A stretch of 64,000 bases of DNA from the NCBI RefSeq assembly GCF_018977255.1, contig NW_024704814.1, positions 62,001 through 126,000 on the forward strand. Reading direction: 5' to 3'. Below, piece by piece: positions 63,670 through 64,000 of the stretch (within the stretch, counting starts at the first letter, position 1; each line of letters begins with the position of its first letter). The notes beneath the pieces were generated by a model that was given only the letters and a program-made list of their open reading frames with translations, was not told the origin of the DNA and searched no databases. The stretch comes from Callorhinchus milii. Its lineage: Eukaryota. A program made the position numbers and the translations under genes.

Positions 63670-64000
63670 GTAAGAGCTGAGTAAATTCTCAGAATATTAT
63701 CTGTTTGCATTTTGAACATTGACAGCATGTCTTGTTGTAACCACACTTTAAACCATCGACCATACATCCATGTTACCTCTTAGTGTTGGCTGGAGTGTTT
63801 GAGCCCAGGCGGAATCCCAAACCCGCGTTAGAATTGTTTCCAAACCAAACACCCGAGCGATTCCCACACGGCCTGACAGGGATTAAACTATTCGTGCTTT
63901 ACTCAGTTGGAAAGGCGCGACTGCTGAACCTCACTTTTGTCACATTATAATGTGTTTTTTCTCTGTGAGACAAGCAATGGTGACCCCAGTTCTTCCTACT

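Overview
Eukaryotic (vertebrate) genomic DNA. The SINE/CR1/L2 repeat content points to a cartilaginous fish, but this is inference. There are no prokaryotic features, CRISPR arrays, rRNA or true tRNA genes. Architecture: two ~12.6-kb inverted arms (1-12626 and ~46632-59575; the left arm probably continues beyond the window) each carry an outward-reading, damaged immune-receptor gene. That gene has a 36-bp leader-type mini-exon, one six-cysteine group-B SRCR exon and 285-bp phase-1 Ig exons, with three more Ig exons at 60.3-63.7 kb. The ~34-kb spacer holds CCAAT/CpG promoter-like elements, a ~7-kb degenerate satellite and a ~9.5-10-kb direct duplication (20984-30460 / 36529-46460). Each duplicate carries a three-coding-exon C2H2 zinc-finger gene. 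These genes look PRDM9-derived: an SSXRD-like exon (YxLRKR...DDYL) can splice in frame to a terminal exon that starts with a decayed post-SET finger and continues into an 84-bp finger array. No zinc-knuckle/PR-SET exons lie between them and no KRAB is recognisable. Copy 1 is an open 489-aa model with 12 array fingers; copy 2 has ~17 different fingers with a frameshift and stops; a third, decayed paralog lies between them. The rest is tRNA-headed SINEs, L2/CR1 LINE fragments, minisatellites, low-complexity tracts and four N runs. All family assignments come from recalled motifs, not database searches.
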